DNA from: Octopus vulgaris | Lineage: Eukaryota | Assembly: GCA_951406725.2 (NCBI GenBank) | Contig: OX597824.1 | Coordinates: 29,388,001 to 29,452,000, forward strand | Direction of reading: 5' to 3' | Length of the DNA stretch: 64,000 bases | Part shown: one piece after another, positions 28,368-41,504 of the stretch | Numbering within the stretch: position 1 is the stretch's first letter | Layout of the letters: each line of letters opens with the position of its first letter | Made by a program: the position numbers and the translations under genes | The notes under the pieces: model-generated | What the model was told of the DNA's origin: nothing | Seen by the model: only the letters and a program-made list of their open reading frames with translations | Databases searched by the model: none

Positions 28368-28553
28368 TAATACTAATAATGATAATAATAAATATGATAT
28401 TAACAATAATTATGATAATAATAACAAAAAATAATAATAATAAAAATAAAAACAACAATAATAATACAAAATAATAATAATAATAATAATAACAACAACA
28501 ATAATAATAATGATACAAATAATAATGATAATAATAATAATAAAAATAATAAT

Positions 28554-28612
<59 letters not shown>
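27725..28612. repeat. Compound (ATC)/(CTC)/(AAT) trinucleotide field
   Basis: Direct reading. Confidence 0.92.
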
Positions 28613-28613
<1 letters not shown>

Positions 28614-28789
28614 CCCAGCATTGTGATATAGTCATTGTCATCATTATAACAATGTTCATTATTGTTTTCCCCATCATCACCACAGCCATCATCTTCCTCC
28701 TCCTCTTATCGAACCTCACCACCACCAGTACAATCATCATCATCATCATCATCATCGATATATTTTCTTCTGACGCACTTCAGCCACAT

Positions 28790-28824
<35 letters not shown>

Positions 28825-29484
28825 TTCATTAATTCATTCATGTTTTAAACTTATTTCTTGGCTTATTTGCATCATATGTTTGATGACTATAAATGTTTTA
28901 TAGTTTGCTTCTTTGTTTTATATTTTTTTTTACATTTTTTAAATATTTTTTTACATTTTATTTTGTATCTCTTCATTTTCACATGTATTAATGTCCTTCT
29001 GCTGTTAACGTTGTTCTTGTACTAGGTGCCGTTGTTGTTATTGTCATTGTATGGTTACCAAATTTTGTTTCTATTATTGTTTAGCAATATCCTGAAGCGT
29101 TGGTTTTTATTGCTATTATTTATTTCTTTATTTAGTATCTTTATATTGTTTTTGCTTTTGTTTTGTTTTTGTGTATTTGCTAATTTTATATCATAACGAT
29201 TTCGTAATAACTGGCTGAAATCAATCCTTTCACATTGTAAATTATTATTACCCCCTTTCTTTCTCTCTTCAAACATTACACTCTCTACCATCACCACCAC
29301 CAATAACAACAACAGCAACAACAATAACAACAACAAAAACAAAAGCATCACTACCACTACAATGATCATCACCATCACCACCACTACCACCAATAAGAGT
29401 AGCATCGCTACCACTATCACCACAGCTACTACCACTGCCACTACCACCATCACAACTACCACTATAGCCATCACCATCACTACC

Positions 29485-29802
29485 ACCACCACCACTACTG
29501 CTAACAGTACCACTACAGCCACCACCACCACTACCACCGCCACCGCCGCCACCAGCATCACCACAACCAACTCTATCGCTACCATCATCACCACCACCAC
29601 TACTGCGAACAATACCACTACAGCCACAACCACTACCACCGCCACTGCCGCCACCGCCGCCACCAGCATCACCACAACCAACTCTATCGCTACCAGCATC
29701 ACCACCACCACTACTGCGAACAGTACCACTACAGCCACCACCACTACCACCGCCACCGCCGCCACCAGCACCACCACAACCAGCTCTATCGCTACCAGCA
29801 TC
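29485..29802. repeat. Higher-order tandem repeat: 3 copies of a ~100-110-bp (ACC)-derived unit
   Basis: Marker blocks ACTACTGC(T/G)AACA(G/A)TACCACTACAGCC and CTCTATCGCTACCA recur three times. Confidence 0.85.
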
Positions 29803-30361
29803 GACACCTCCATCCCCACCACCACAACAAACTCCATCGCCAACAGCATCGCCACCACCATTACAAACTCCATCACCACCAGCACCACCACCACACCACT
29901 ACCAGCCGTTTTGCATATTTCATTTCTATGAATCATACATAGAGCAACATTCTTTATCCCCCTCACTCTTAACTTGTCTCTCTCTCTTCCTCTTCCTCAC
30001 ACTCTTCCTCTTCTTCACACTCTTCCTCTTCCTGTCTCTATGTCTTCCTTTCTCTTTGTCTTTCTTCCTCACTCACCAATAAACTCTTATTTTATATTCT
30101 ATATCTCGTCATTTTTTCCGAAATTCTCTTCAGTTTTCTTGTTTTATCTTCAGCTCTAAACTTCTGTTCTTCGCTTTGCTTTACTCTCTCTCTCTCTCTC
30201 CCTCTCTCACTCTTTCTTTCTTTCTCTCTCTCTCACTTTCTTTCTTTCTCTTTCTCTCTCTCGCCATCTGTATGTTTATGTATGTGTATATATATACATA
30301 TGTGTGTATGTGTGTGTGTGTGCGTGTGTGTGTATACAAACATATTCATACATGCACAGGG

Positions 30362-30655
30362 TAATGGGTAAAGATCCCATTCGGTCATGAATGAGCTTGG
30401 GATTGCACCTAGAAAGTTTCCTTCCGAGGCACAAGTTAGGGCAAGGCTATCTGTGGAAGACCATGCCACACATGTTATCCAAGGAAAAGGCGAAGGTCGA
30501 TACAGCTTGGCACAAGTGACGTTGCAAGTCATTTCTACAGCTGAGTGAACTGGAGCAACGTGAAATAAAGTGTCTTGCTCAAGAACACAACACACAGCCT
30601 AGACCGGGAATCGAACTCAATACACCACCGCGCTCTGACCACTAGACCATATGCG
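30362..30655 (-). mobile_element. SINE family F (tRNA head plus CORE-like body)
   Basis: Minus strand: GTGTTGTGTTCTTGAGCAAGACACTTTATTTCACGTTGCTCCAG..ACTTTCTAGGTGCAATCCC..TTCATGACC, matching 45270-45548. Confidence 0.85.
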
Positions 30656-30702
30656 CATTCGTGCGTGTAAACACATGCACACACAGACACACATAATACA
30701 TA

Positions 30703-30775
<73 letters not shown>

Positions 30776-30844
30776 GTCTCTCTCTCTATCTATCTATCTA
30801 TCTATCTATCTGTCTCTCTATATATATATATATTACATACATAT

Positions 30845-31030
30845 AAAAGGGACGACCTGTAAGTGGACATCCATTATGCTAGAAGAAGATCCGCTATGGT
30901 CTTACCACATAAGAAAGGAATGTTCTCAAGAAAATTTAGCAAACACCAGAACGTAAGCGAGCAAGACAAATGAAAAGATACACAATATAGATTTTGTATC
31001 TTTTCATTTTTCTTGCTCGCTTACGTTCTG
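30845..31030. mobile_element. Family H element ending in a 40-bp-arm hairpin (30947-31030)
   Basis: CAGAACGTAAGCGAGCAAGACAAATGAAAAGATACACAAT pairs with ATTTTGTATCTTTTCATTTTTCTTGCTCGCTTACGTTCTG (2 mismatches). Confidence 0.8.
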
Positions 31031-31542
31031 TGGTAGGATCTTTTGGCAAAGAGATTAATTCAAAGAAATTAATTACACTTTGCCGCATAGAAATACACGT
31101 GCAGGTGTACGGTACTTTCAAAACATACGTATAGCTTTTTTCTGTATAACATTGAATTCTCCATCTTAGATCGAGACATTAAATTGAGAAAGAAAAAGGA
31201 CCTTCGATATATTAAAACAACATTTTTTTTTCTTTCTCGATTGTCAACAAACTGAATAAATAAGTAAAGGTTTGAGAGTACACCCTATAAAAGTTTTATG
31301 ATAAAAGAACAGGGATAACATTGTTTTCAAACGAAGAGCGTATGCATTGCTCGTTACCACAAAGGAATACACAAGCAATAGCACTGGGCATTAAAAATTT
31401 CAAGTGGTCCACCTTCGGGCCATACGTGTCAAGAAAATATATTATGGCACTGTGATTGAAAACGCTTCCAAATTGTCAAAACGGAAGAATTATAGACTAC
31501 AGCATCCAATATTAATTGTGCTTCATTCTAAAGAGAAAAATT

Positions 31543-31845
31543 CAGCGGAAGCGCAGCCTACGAACGCCTTTTATCACGAACAAATCCGTTTACGAACAGA
31601 TTTTCGAACAAAAAACGTCTCGTGTGACGAACAGGCAAGCGGGCAACAACGGTTGACGACAAACTAGGAGTATCAGCATGAGAGTGTCAGCTGCTGTTTA
31701 GTTTTCACTCACTGTACATCTCTGGTCGAATTATCGGTTCCTTCTCTTGAATTTCCTATAGGAAAAATAGATTCGGTTTGCGAAAATTTTGGTTGGCGAA
31801 CGGCGTTCAGGAACAAATTAAATTCGTAAAGCGAGATTCCTCTAT
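31543..31845. mobile_element. pogo/Tigger-like MITE, degenerate
   Basis: Ends CAGCGGAAGC..TACGAAC and TTCGTAAAGCGAGATTCCTCTA, with subterminal ACGAAC/GTTCG repeats. Confidence 0.6.
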
Positions 31846-32107
31846 AGAGAATTTATAAGCGACAGTACAAATATGAGTAAAAAAATAATATAAGTATGAA
31901 TTTAAAACTAATCACCCATGAATTGTTAATTCAACTGGAACACGGAATTCTAAGAACCTGTCCAGCCAGCCGTATGAAATTTATACTCCAGTAATAATAT
32001 ATTAAAACAATTAAATATATTATGTCATGCGCACACGCACTTACATCCACACCCTCATATGTATGAGCATGCTTATATACATATATATACATGTGTGCAT
32101 ATATATG

Positions 32108-32142
<35 letters not shown>

Positions 32143-32184
32143 GTGCGTGTGTATATGTATATACGCATATACATATGTACAATC

Positions 32185-32587
32185 CTTTCTACTATAGGTA
32201 CAACGCCTGAAATTTTAGGGGAGAGGGCCAGTCGATTAAATCGGCACTAGTATGCAACTGGTAATTAATTTATCAACCCCAAAAGGATGAAAAGCAAAGT
32301 CGACCCCGGCCGAATTTGAACTCATAACGTAACGGCAGACGAAATATCTATTTTTATTTCTTTATTGTCCACAAGGGGATAAATGCAGAGGGGACGAAAA
32401 AGGACAGATAAACGGATTAAGTCGATTATATCGATCCCAGTGCGTAACTGGTACTTATTTAATCGACCTCGAAAGGATGAAAGGCAAAGTCGACTCCGGC
32501 GGAATTTGAACTCAGAACGTAGCGGCAGACGAAATACCGCAAAGCATTTCGCCCGACGTGCTAACGATTCTACCAGCTCGCCGCCTT
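32185..32587 (-). mobile_element. Two tandem family A SINEs
   Basis: The central-domain reverse complement occurs near 32260-32345 and 32445-32587. Confidence 0.88.
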
Positions 32588-32599
32588 ATAATGTCTATC

Positions 32600-32950
32600 T
32601 TTTATCGTCCACTTGATTCAGTTATTAGACTGTGACCATGCTGAGGGACAGCTTGACGAATTTTAGAACTTATCGACCCCAGTACGTATTAATTTTTATA
32701 AAGCCTGATTGTTATTCTATCGCTAAGTTACGGGGACGTTAACACACCAACACCAGTAGTGAAGCAGTGGTAGGGCCAAACACATACACAAAGCACACAC
32801 AAATATATATTTTTTCGGCGGGCTTCTTTCAGTTTACGTTTATCAAATCAACTCTCAAGATACCTGCTCTAGGTGTCCCACAATGGGACCAAAACAAGAA
32901 CCCAGTAGTTGGGCAACAAATTCCTTGCCACTCAACCACTCCTGCGCCTA
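32600..32950 (-). mobile_element. SINE family B, degenerate
   Basis: CGCTAAGTTACGGGGACG..GGGCTTCTTTCAGTTT..CCACTCCTGCGCC. Confidence 0.75.
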
Positions 32951-32973
32951 TGAATATATATATATATATATAG

Positions 32974-33011
<38 letters not shown>

Positions 33012-33014
<3 letters not shown>

Positions 33015-33709
33015 CTTATCCTGCTAGTCAAGAAAGAGAGTGAGAAATTTGGGCTGTACCTCAATATCAAGAAAACGAAGATCATGTCAACAGCAGTCAC
33101 AACAAACATTAGCATCAAGATCGATAATGAAGAGATCGAAGTGGTTGTTGATTTCATCTTCCTTGGCTCCAAAATAAATCGAGATGGTAAGTGCACTCCA
33201 GAAATAAGACGGTGGATAGTACTAGGCAGAGAGGCAATGGTCAGCATGAGCAAGATCTGGAAGAGTAGAGATATCAGACTCGCTACCAAATTCAGATTGG
33301 TGAATGCAATTTTCTACCGGGACACTAAAGAAAGATGACCAGAAGAGAATTAATGCATTCGAGCTTTGGTGTTGGAGAATACTTTTACGAATTCCATGGA
33401 CAGCGAGGCTCACCAATGGAGAAGTTCTTAACCAGATCAAGCCGAAACTGTTGCTAGAAGCTAGGATCACCAACCATAGATTGACATATTTTGTTCATAT
33501 TATGCGGAGAAAATCCATGAAGAAGGACATCATGCTCGAAATGGTCAGTGGCAAGAGAGGATGAGGCTGACCAAGAACCCGCTGGCTTGACACCATCAAG
33601 AGTGATACGGGAATGGACATAGCCAATCTGAAAGAAGCGGCTCAGGATAGAACTGGCTGGAGGACACTGATCGACCGAGTAACCGAGAGTCGACTTCGAC
33701 TGAGCGGAT

Positions 33710-33710
<1 letters not shown>
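33012..33710 (+). mobile_element. RTE-clade (BovB-like) LINE 3' fragment, pseudogenised
   Basis: GLYLNIKKTKIM..DFIFLGSKI..EIRR..; INAFELWCWRILLRIPWTAR..YFVHIMR..PRTRWLD; tail GAGAGTCGACTTCGACTGAGCGG. Deletion and frameshift near 33315. Confidence 0.92.
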
Positions 33711-33750
<40 letters not shown>

Positions 33751-33753
<3 letters not shown>

Positions 33754-34087
33754 AAAAAAGCAACAAGAATGGATTAAAATCTCGGTACGATCGTTTCGTA
33801 CGAGGACATCTTTAATAAGCTACAAAAAATGCAGTGAATTCTCTGATATTTTTTCGGCTGACGAGTACGAGCCATCTGTATTCACTGCATTTTTTGTAGC
33901 TTATTAAAGATGTCCTCGTACGAAACGATCGTACCGAGATTTTAATCCATTCTTGTTGCTTTTTTCCTATTTATAATCACCCCACTTGTCGTATGGTTAA
34001 CACCATATAGATATCCGGTGCATCCTAGTTAAGGACCATATTCATGTGAATTCTTTAGAATTCACTAGAATCTCAATTACTTAACCG
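33751..34087 (+). mobile_element. Penelope-like pseudo-LTR in (TA)n with an inverted partial copy at the 5' end
   Basis: 33751-33839 is the exact reverse complement of 33880-33968. Contains a hammerhead. (TA)n lies on both sides. Confidence 0.8.
33852..33939 (+). ncRNA. Type I hammerhead ribozyme (predicted cleavage after GUA, at 33933)
   Basis: Helix I TTTCGG/CCGAGA; core CTGACGA (33858-64); helix II GTACGAG/CTCGTAC; GAAAC (33922-26); palindromic helix III ACGATCGT; NUH triplet GUA. Confidence 0.85.
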
Positions 34088-34114
<27 letters not shown>

Positions 34115-34119
<5 letters not shown>

Positions 34120-34413
34120 GTTACTTTAGTCCGATAGTCGAAAGACCCTTTCTGTTCTTTATTTATTTGTTCTCGTATATGTATATGCGTTTGCATTATC
34201 CAGAGGCTTAATGCTTTTAGCTAAGTCCCTGGCCCAGCCGATTTCGAATAGAATCGGAGATAAGTGGGCGAAACTACGTAGACATTCCGGATTCCGTCTG
34301 AAGAGGTAATCGGCAACGAATGATCCGTGCATCGTGTTCTATCCTGTTTGCCGTTGTCCTTTTCCCCGCATGTTATGCTTTCACGATTTCCGTTTGTTGT
34401 GTTTTTCTGTTCT
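34115..34413 (+). mobile_element. (TA)n-flanked element with a defective hammerhead-like motif
   Basis: GCCCA..long stem..TGGGC-GAAAC-TACGTAG, but no intact upstream CTGANGA. Pyrimidine-rich 3' end runs into (TA)n. Confidence 0.45.
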
Positions 34414-34420
34414 ACCTTTG

Positions 34421-34466
<46 letters not shown>

Positions 34467-34568
34467 GCATATATATATATATATATATATGCGCGTGCGT
34501 GTGTGTGTGTGTGTGTGTGTGGGTGTGTGTGTGTATATATATAATTCAAAGGTAGAACAGAAAAACAC
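34389..34568. repeat. ~180-bp palindrome made of an element end plus (TA)/(CA) arrays
   Basis: GTGTTTTTCTGTTCTACCTTTGAATTATA pairs with TATAATTCAAAGGTAGAACAGAAAAACAC around a (TA)n centre. Confidence 0.9.
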
Positions 34569-34576
34569 ACACACAT

Positions 34577-34612
<36 letters not shown>

Positions 34613-34795
34613 GCGCGTGCGTGTGTGTGTGTGTGTGTGTGTATAAATATACATGTATATAAACATATATTAACAAAAACGTATAGATAAATAGTTGTAT
34701 TGATTGATTGATAGCGAGAGAGAGAGAGGGAGAGAGAGGAGCGAGAGAGAGAGATAAAAATATAAACTGATAGTCTAAGGGATAGTTTAGCAGAT

Positions 34796-34831
<36 letters not shown>

Positions 34832-34939
34832 GAGAGAGTGAGATAGAGTGAGAAAGAAAAAAAGAGGAAGGGAGAGATAAAAAAAGAGGAAGAGAAGAAC
34901 AGATCTTGGAACTATAATTTAGAGGTGGACGAAACTTAC

Positions 34940-34978
34940 AAAAGTGAAATTCCTAATGTAGTCAATACTATTAAACGC
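34940..34978 (-). other. Candidate 39-nt frame-preserving microexon
   Basis: Minus strand: U-rich tract..TTCTGTTGCAG|GCGTTT..CACTTTT|GTAAGT in non-repetitive sequence. Two open frames: AFNSIDYIRNFTF or RLIVLTTLGISL. Confidence 0.35.
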
Positions 34979-35449
34979 CTGCAACAGAATTATACGAGAT
35001 AAACATAAACTTATGAATCAAAATAAAGATCTGCTAAAGCTGTTGATCAATCACTGGCTGTTTTAACAATTAGCTTCTCAAGAATGGCTAGATTTCCATC
35101 TTAGTCATCAATAGAAATCAAGATTTTCTCTTCGTATTTCTTTTGCTCTCTTCAATTTCTAAATGTTCGTTTCTGTATTTTCTTTTCTTCATATTCTTTT
35201 ATTTCTCTCATCTCTCCGAGTGCCAGCCATTGTAATATACCATGATATATTAATATTTCTACCAAATTTCTATACTGCATGCTTCGTTAAATTCTTGCGA
35301 TTAAACTAATTTGAGCATCTTCCACCGACCGTCCATCCCGGGCCACGTGACGTTCCGATATTCAACGCGGGATTTGTGTTTAATGTCGCCAACTTGGGTC
35401 TTGCCTATCTGATAGCTATCTTGTTGCCTTATTTCTTCCTCTCTCCCGC

Positions 35450-35491
<42 letters not shown>

Positions 35492-35657
35492 CCCTCTCTC
35501 CTCTCTCTCTCTTCCTCTATCTCTCTCTTTATCTCTATCTTTCCCTCTTTATCTCTCCCTCTGTCTCTCTATCACTATCTCTCTCCTTCTTTCCGTATCT
35601 TTGTGTGTGTTCGCGTGTGTATAATTATATGCATGTATATATATATATATATATATA

Positions 35658-35836
35658 GGCGCTGGAGTAGCTGAGTGGTAAGAAGCTTGCTTCCCAACTA
35701 CATGGTTCTGGGTTCAGTCCCACTGAGTGGCACTTTGGACAAGTGTCTTCTACTATAGCTTCGAGCCGACCAAATCCTTGTGACTGGATTACGTTGATAG
35801 AAACTGAAAGAAGCCCCTACTAGATAGATAGATAGA

Positions 35837-35870
<34 letters not shown>

Positions 35871-36090
35871 GATGTGTGTGCATTTGTGTGTCTGCATTTG
35901 TCCCCCCTCCCGCGATCACTTAACAACCGATGTTGGTGTATTTGCGTCCCCGTAACTTAGAGGTTCGGCAAAAGAGACCGATAGAATAAGTAGCAGGCTT
36001 ACGAAGAATAAGTACTGGGGCCGATTTGTTTGACTAAATGCGGTGCTCCAGCATGGCTGCAGTCAAATGAATGAAACAAGTAAAAGAATA
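35658..36090 (+). mobile_element. SINE family B, full length
   Basis: GGCGCTGGAGTAGCTGAGTGGTAAG head through the CTGAAACAAGTAAAAG-like tail. Confidence 0.9.
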
Positions 36091-36222
36091 TATATATATA
36101 TATCATCAATCAGTGGAAATGTTCACGCTACTGGATATACATCAGGAATTGCATAGTACCCGTATAGTTTTTTTATAAATATGTAAATGATAAAAAACGG
36201 AATGAACGCTATTCTTTAGTTG

Positions 36223-36330
36223 AAAATCATTACAATTGTTTCGACACATTTTTACACCCCCATTGGTGAGATGCTGTGTAATCTTTATCATTCATCCAAG
36301 GTATAAAATGTGCCTCTTCAGGGGATTCTT
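36223..36330 (-). ncRNA. Hammerhead ribozyme candidate with a long helix II, inside a (TA)n-abutting Penelope-like remnant (~36104-37130)
   Basis: Minus strand: CTGAAGA-GGCACATTTT..AAAATGTGTC-GAAAC-AATT-GTA, with palindromic ACAATTGT. Helix I has two proximal mismatches. Confidence 0.65.
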
Positions 36331-36480
36331 TAAATAAGCCGTTCGTTAGATCCTCTTGTTATTTCACTCCGAGCTTATGTTATTTTGCTTGTGTTGAATG
36401 GCGGCATGGCAGAAATTTCCTTCAGTCCTTCGGTATGGATTGAATGGATATAGATAGAAAGCGTCTTACACAAAATATGT

Positions 36481-36867
36481 GGAAGCACTCCGTCGGTTAC
36501 GACGATGAGGGTTCCGGTTGTTCCGAATCAACGGAACAGCCTGCTCGTGAAATTAACGTGTAAGTGGCTGAGCACTCCACAGACACGTGCACCCTTAACG
36601 TAGTTCTCGGGGATATTCAGCATGACACAGAGAGTGACAAGGCCGGCCCCTTGAAATTCAGGTACAACAGAAACATGAAGTAAGAGTGAGAGAAAGTTGT
36701 GGTGAAAGGGTACAGCAGGGATCACCACCAGCCCCTACCGGAGCCTCGTGGAGCTTTTTAGGTGTTTTCGCTCAATAAACACTCACAACGCCCGGTCTGG
36801 GAATCGAAACCGCGAACCTATGACCGCGAGTCCGCTGCCCTAACCACTGGGCCATTGCGCCTCCACG
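36481..36867 (-). mobile_element. SINE family C, full length with a 12-bp TSD
   Basis: CACAAAATATGT at 36469-36480 and 36868-36879. Confidence 0.93.
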
Positions 36868-37214
36868 CACAAAATATGTACCCATAGGATGAATGTACGG
36901 AGGTGAGACGAGCACTTGACATATACTGTAAGTTGATTCAGGGTTGGTTGGATTTCACGTTCACCCTCCCCACTCGGGGTTTTGTTGTCTCTACCCCTAC
37001 TGGAAATGGTTTGTGACTAATATTTTCTTGTTTCTTGGTATTGGTCGTTTTTTTTTTGCATATGTGTTTATATTAATCTTCCTTTCTCTGCCGTCTTTCT
37101 ATGATTGTAAATATATTCTTTTTTTTACTGACCTCTGTTCAGACAAAGAAAAGGTCATTACCATCATCATCATCGCCATCGTCGTCGTCATTGTTTGATC
37201 ATTCTTATTCTCTT

Positions 37215-37973
<759 letters not shown>

Positions 37974-38187
37974 GAGGCGGCGAACTGGCAGAATCATTAG
38001 TACGCTGGGCGGAATGCTTAGCAGTATTTTGACCGTCGCTACGTTGTGAGTTCAAATTCCACCGAGGTCGACTTTGCCTTTCATCCTTTCGGGGACGATA
38101 AATTAAGTACCAATTAAGTTATGGGGTTGATGTAATCAACTTGCTCCTTCCCCCAAAAATTTCAAGCAAAATGCCTATAGTAGAAAA

Positions 38188-38188
<1 letters not shown>
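37974..38188 (+). mobile_element. SINE family A
   Basis: GGCGGCGAACTGGCAGAATC..GAGGTCGACTTTGCCTTTCATCCTTTCGGGG. Confidence 0.88.
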
Positions 38189-38247
<59 letters not shown>

Positions 38248-38544
38248 TACTAGTTTGATAGAATCGTTAGAAAGAAAAAACTCAGGCTCAAAAGAAATAC
38301 TTCTTTCGGCACTTTATGTACAAGCTTCAAACCCCACCGATGTCAGCTTTACCTTTAACGGATGTTAAAATAAAAATACCAGTCAAATATTGGGGGCCAA
38401 TTAATCAGCAACAACACTGAACCCAGATTAGAAACAATTATTAACAGTAACGTATTTATTTATTTATTTATTTACTGAGATTTTTTTGCGTAAATTTTTG
38501 TTTTGCAAGTTAGATTGGAGAAATCCTAACAAAACATGCTTTGG

Positions 38545-39831
<1,287 letters not shown>

Positions 39832-40305
39832 AACCGAATTTTTCTTTTAAATGTGCCGTTCGAAATTGTTCTTAATTACTTCTGTTGTCGATATTACTAC
39901 TGCTGCTGCTGCTACTACTGAGGCTACTGCTGCTACCACTGTTACCGTTGTCACCGTTTTTTTTTTTTTGTTGTTGATTGTTATTTTCTTAATCTAACAT
40001 ACACGGGGAGGCGTGGTGGAATAAGAAATTAATAAAAATACAAATAAAAATATTTAATCGAAAATACTAGAAACAAAAAAAAAAACGACAACAAACATGT
40101 AATTTGTCGAAAACAATAATCACCCGCAATTTAAATGTTTTAATGATTCTAAGGCAGACGAGGTGAAAAAAATATAACATTTTTGCTGAAGATAATGTCA
40201 TAAGGCTTACAGCGATTGATGAAAGAATTTTCATACATACATACATAAATACGTATATATCTACATACATGCATAAACACACACACATATATACACATAC
40301 ATGCA

Positions 40306-40379
<74 letters not shown>

Positions 40380-40380
40380 C

Positions 40381-40425
<45 letters not shown>

Positions 40426-40797
40426 CTTAAATATATATATATATGTAGATATACATATCTATATATACTTTATACCTATATGTATGTATATGTGTATATG
40501 TTTATGTGTATGTATATGTGTGTGCGTGCGCGTGTGTTTGTATGTGTGTGTATATACGCTTGTATGTACGTAGTGGACGTGTGTGTACTGAAATAGGCAT
40601 TTCGATGTAATATATCCCCCTACGCCAAGTTTATAAACCGCGCATTTTAGCAATAGATTTTAAAATCTGTGAATTTCATGTTAAATTATATATTATGATA
40701 GTTCAGTGTGTCTCCTGGGGTAACCTATTGCCTTCATATGTATAATTACTCTATACATATGCAGACATATAAACGCATGCACATGTATGAATGTCTG

Positions 40798-40921
<124 letters not shown>

Positions 40922-41504
40922 GATAGATAGATAGATAGATATGCATATAGATAGATAGATATATATATAGACAGACAGATAGATATGCATATATGTGTGT
41001 ATATATATATATGCGCAAATGCACATATATATGTCCACATACACAAACACACGCACTCAGACGCATACAAGCACACACACACGCCCTCTCAATAACGAAC
41101 TCATATAGACACATACACAATTTCTTCAGTATATATTCATTATATTTTCGAATGCATTGCTTATGATGCTGTTGTGTTTTCGCTGCTATATCTAGCAAAT
41201 CACGCGTGCTCATCGCCTATCTTCCGTTTCCCCAAAGAAGTTTTCAGTATTGATGTGCAGTGGTGGAACAGTCTTAATCGAAGAACCATTATGAAAAGCG
41301 TTCCAATCGTGTCAAACCCATCGGTTTATATCAAGAGCTATATTGTTCCATATAGCTTTTATTTCGGTTTATGATTAAACAGAGCTTTAGTCAGGGTGCT
41401 GAGCGAGAAGCGAACTATTGTAATTCTGTTGGTGTTTACCTAACGTTTGTCATGACTGAGACAAATTTTGTTTGGTGTGATGACCTATCCGCTAGATGCA
41501 AGCA

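Noticed and set aside
29055-29966. 303-aa Val-rich and 189-aa Thr-rich (mucin-like) ORFs
   Set aside because: Both are open only because of trinucleotide repeats. No splice signals or domain motifs were recognised.
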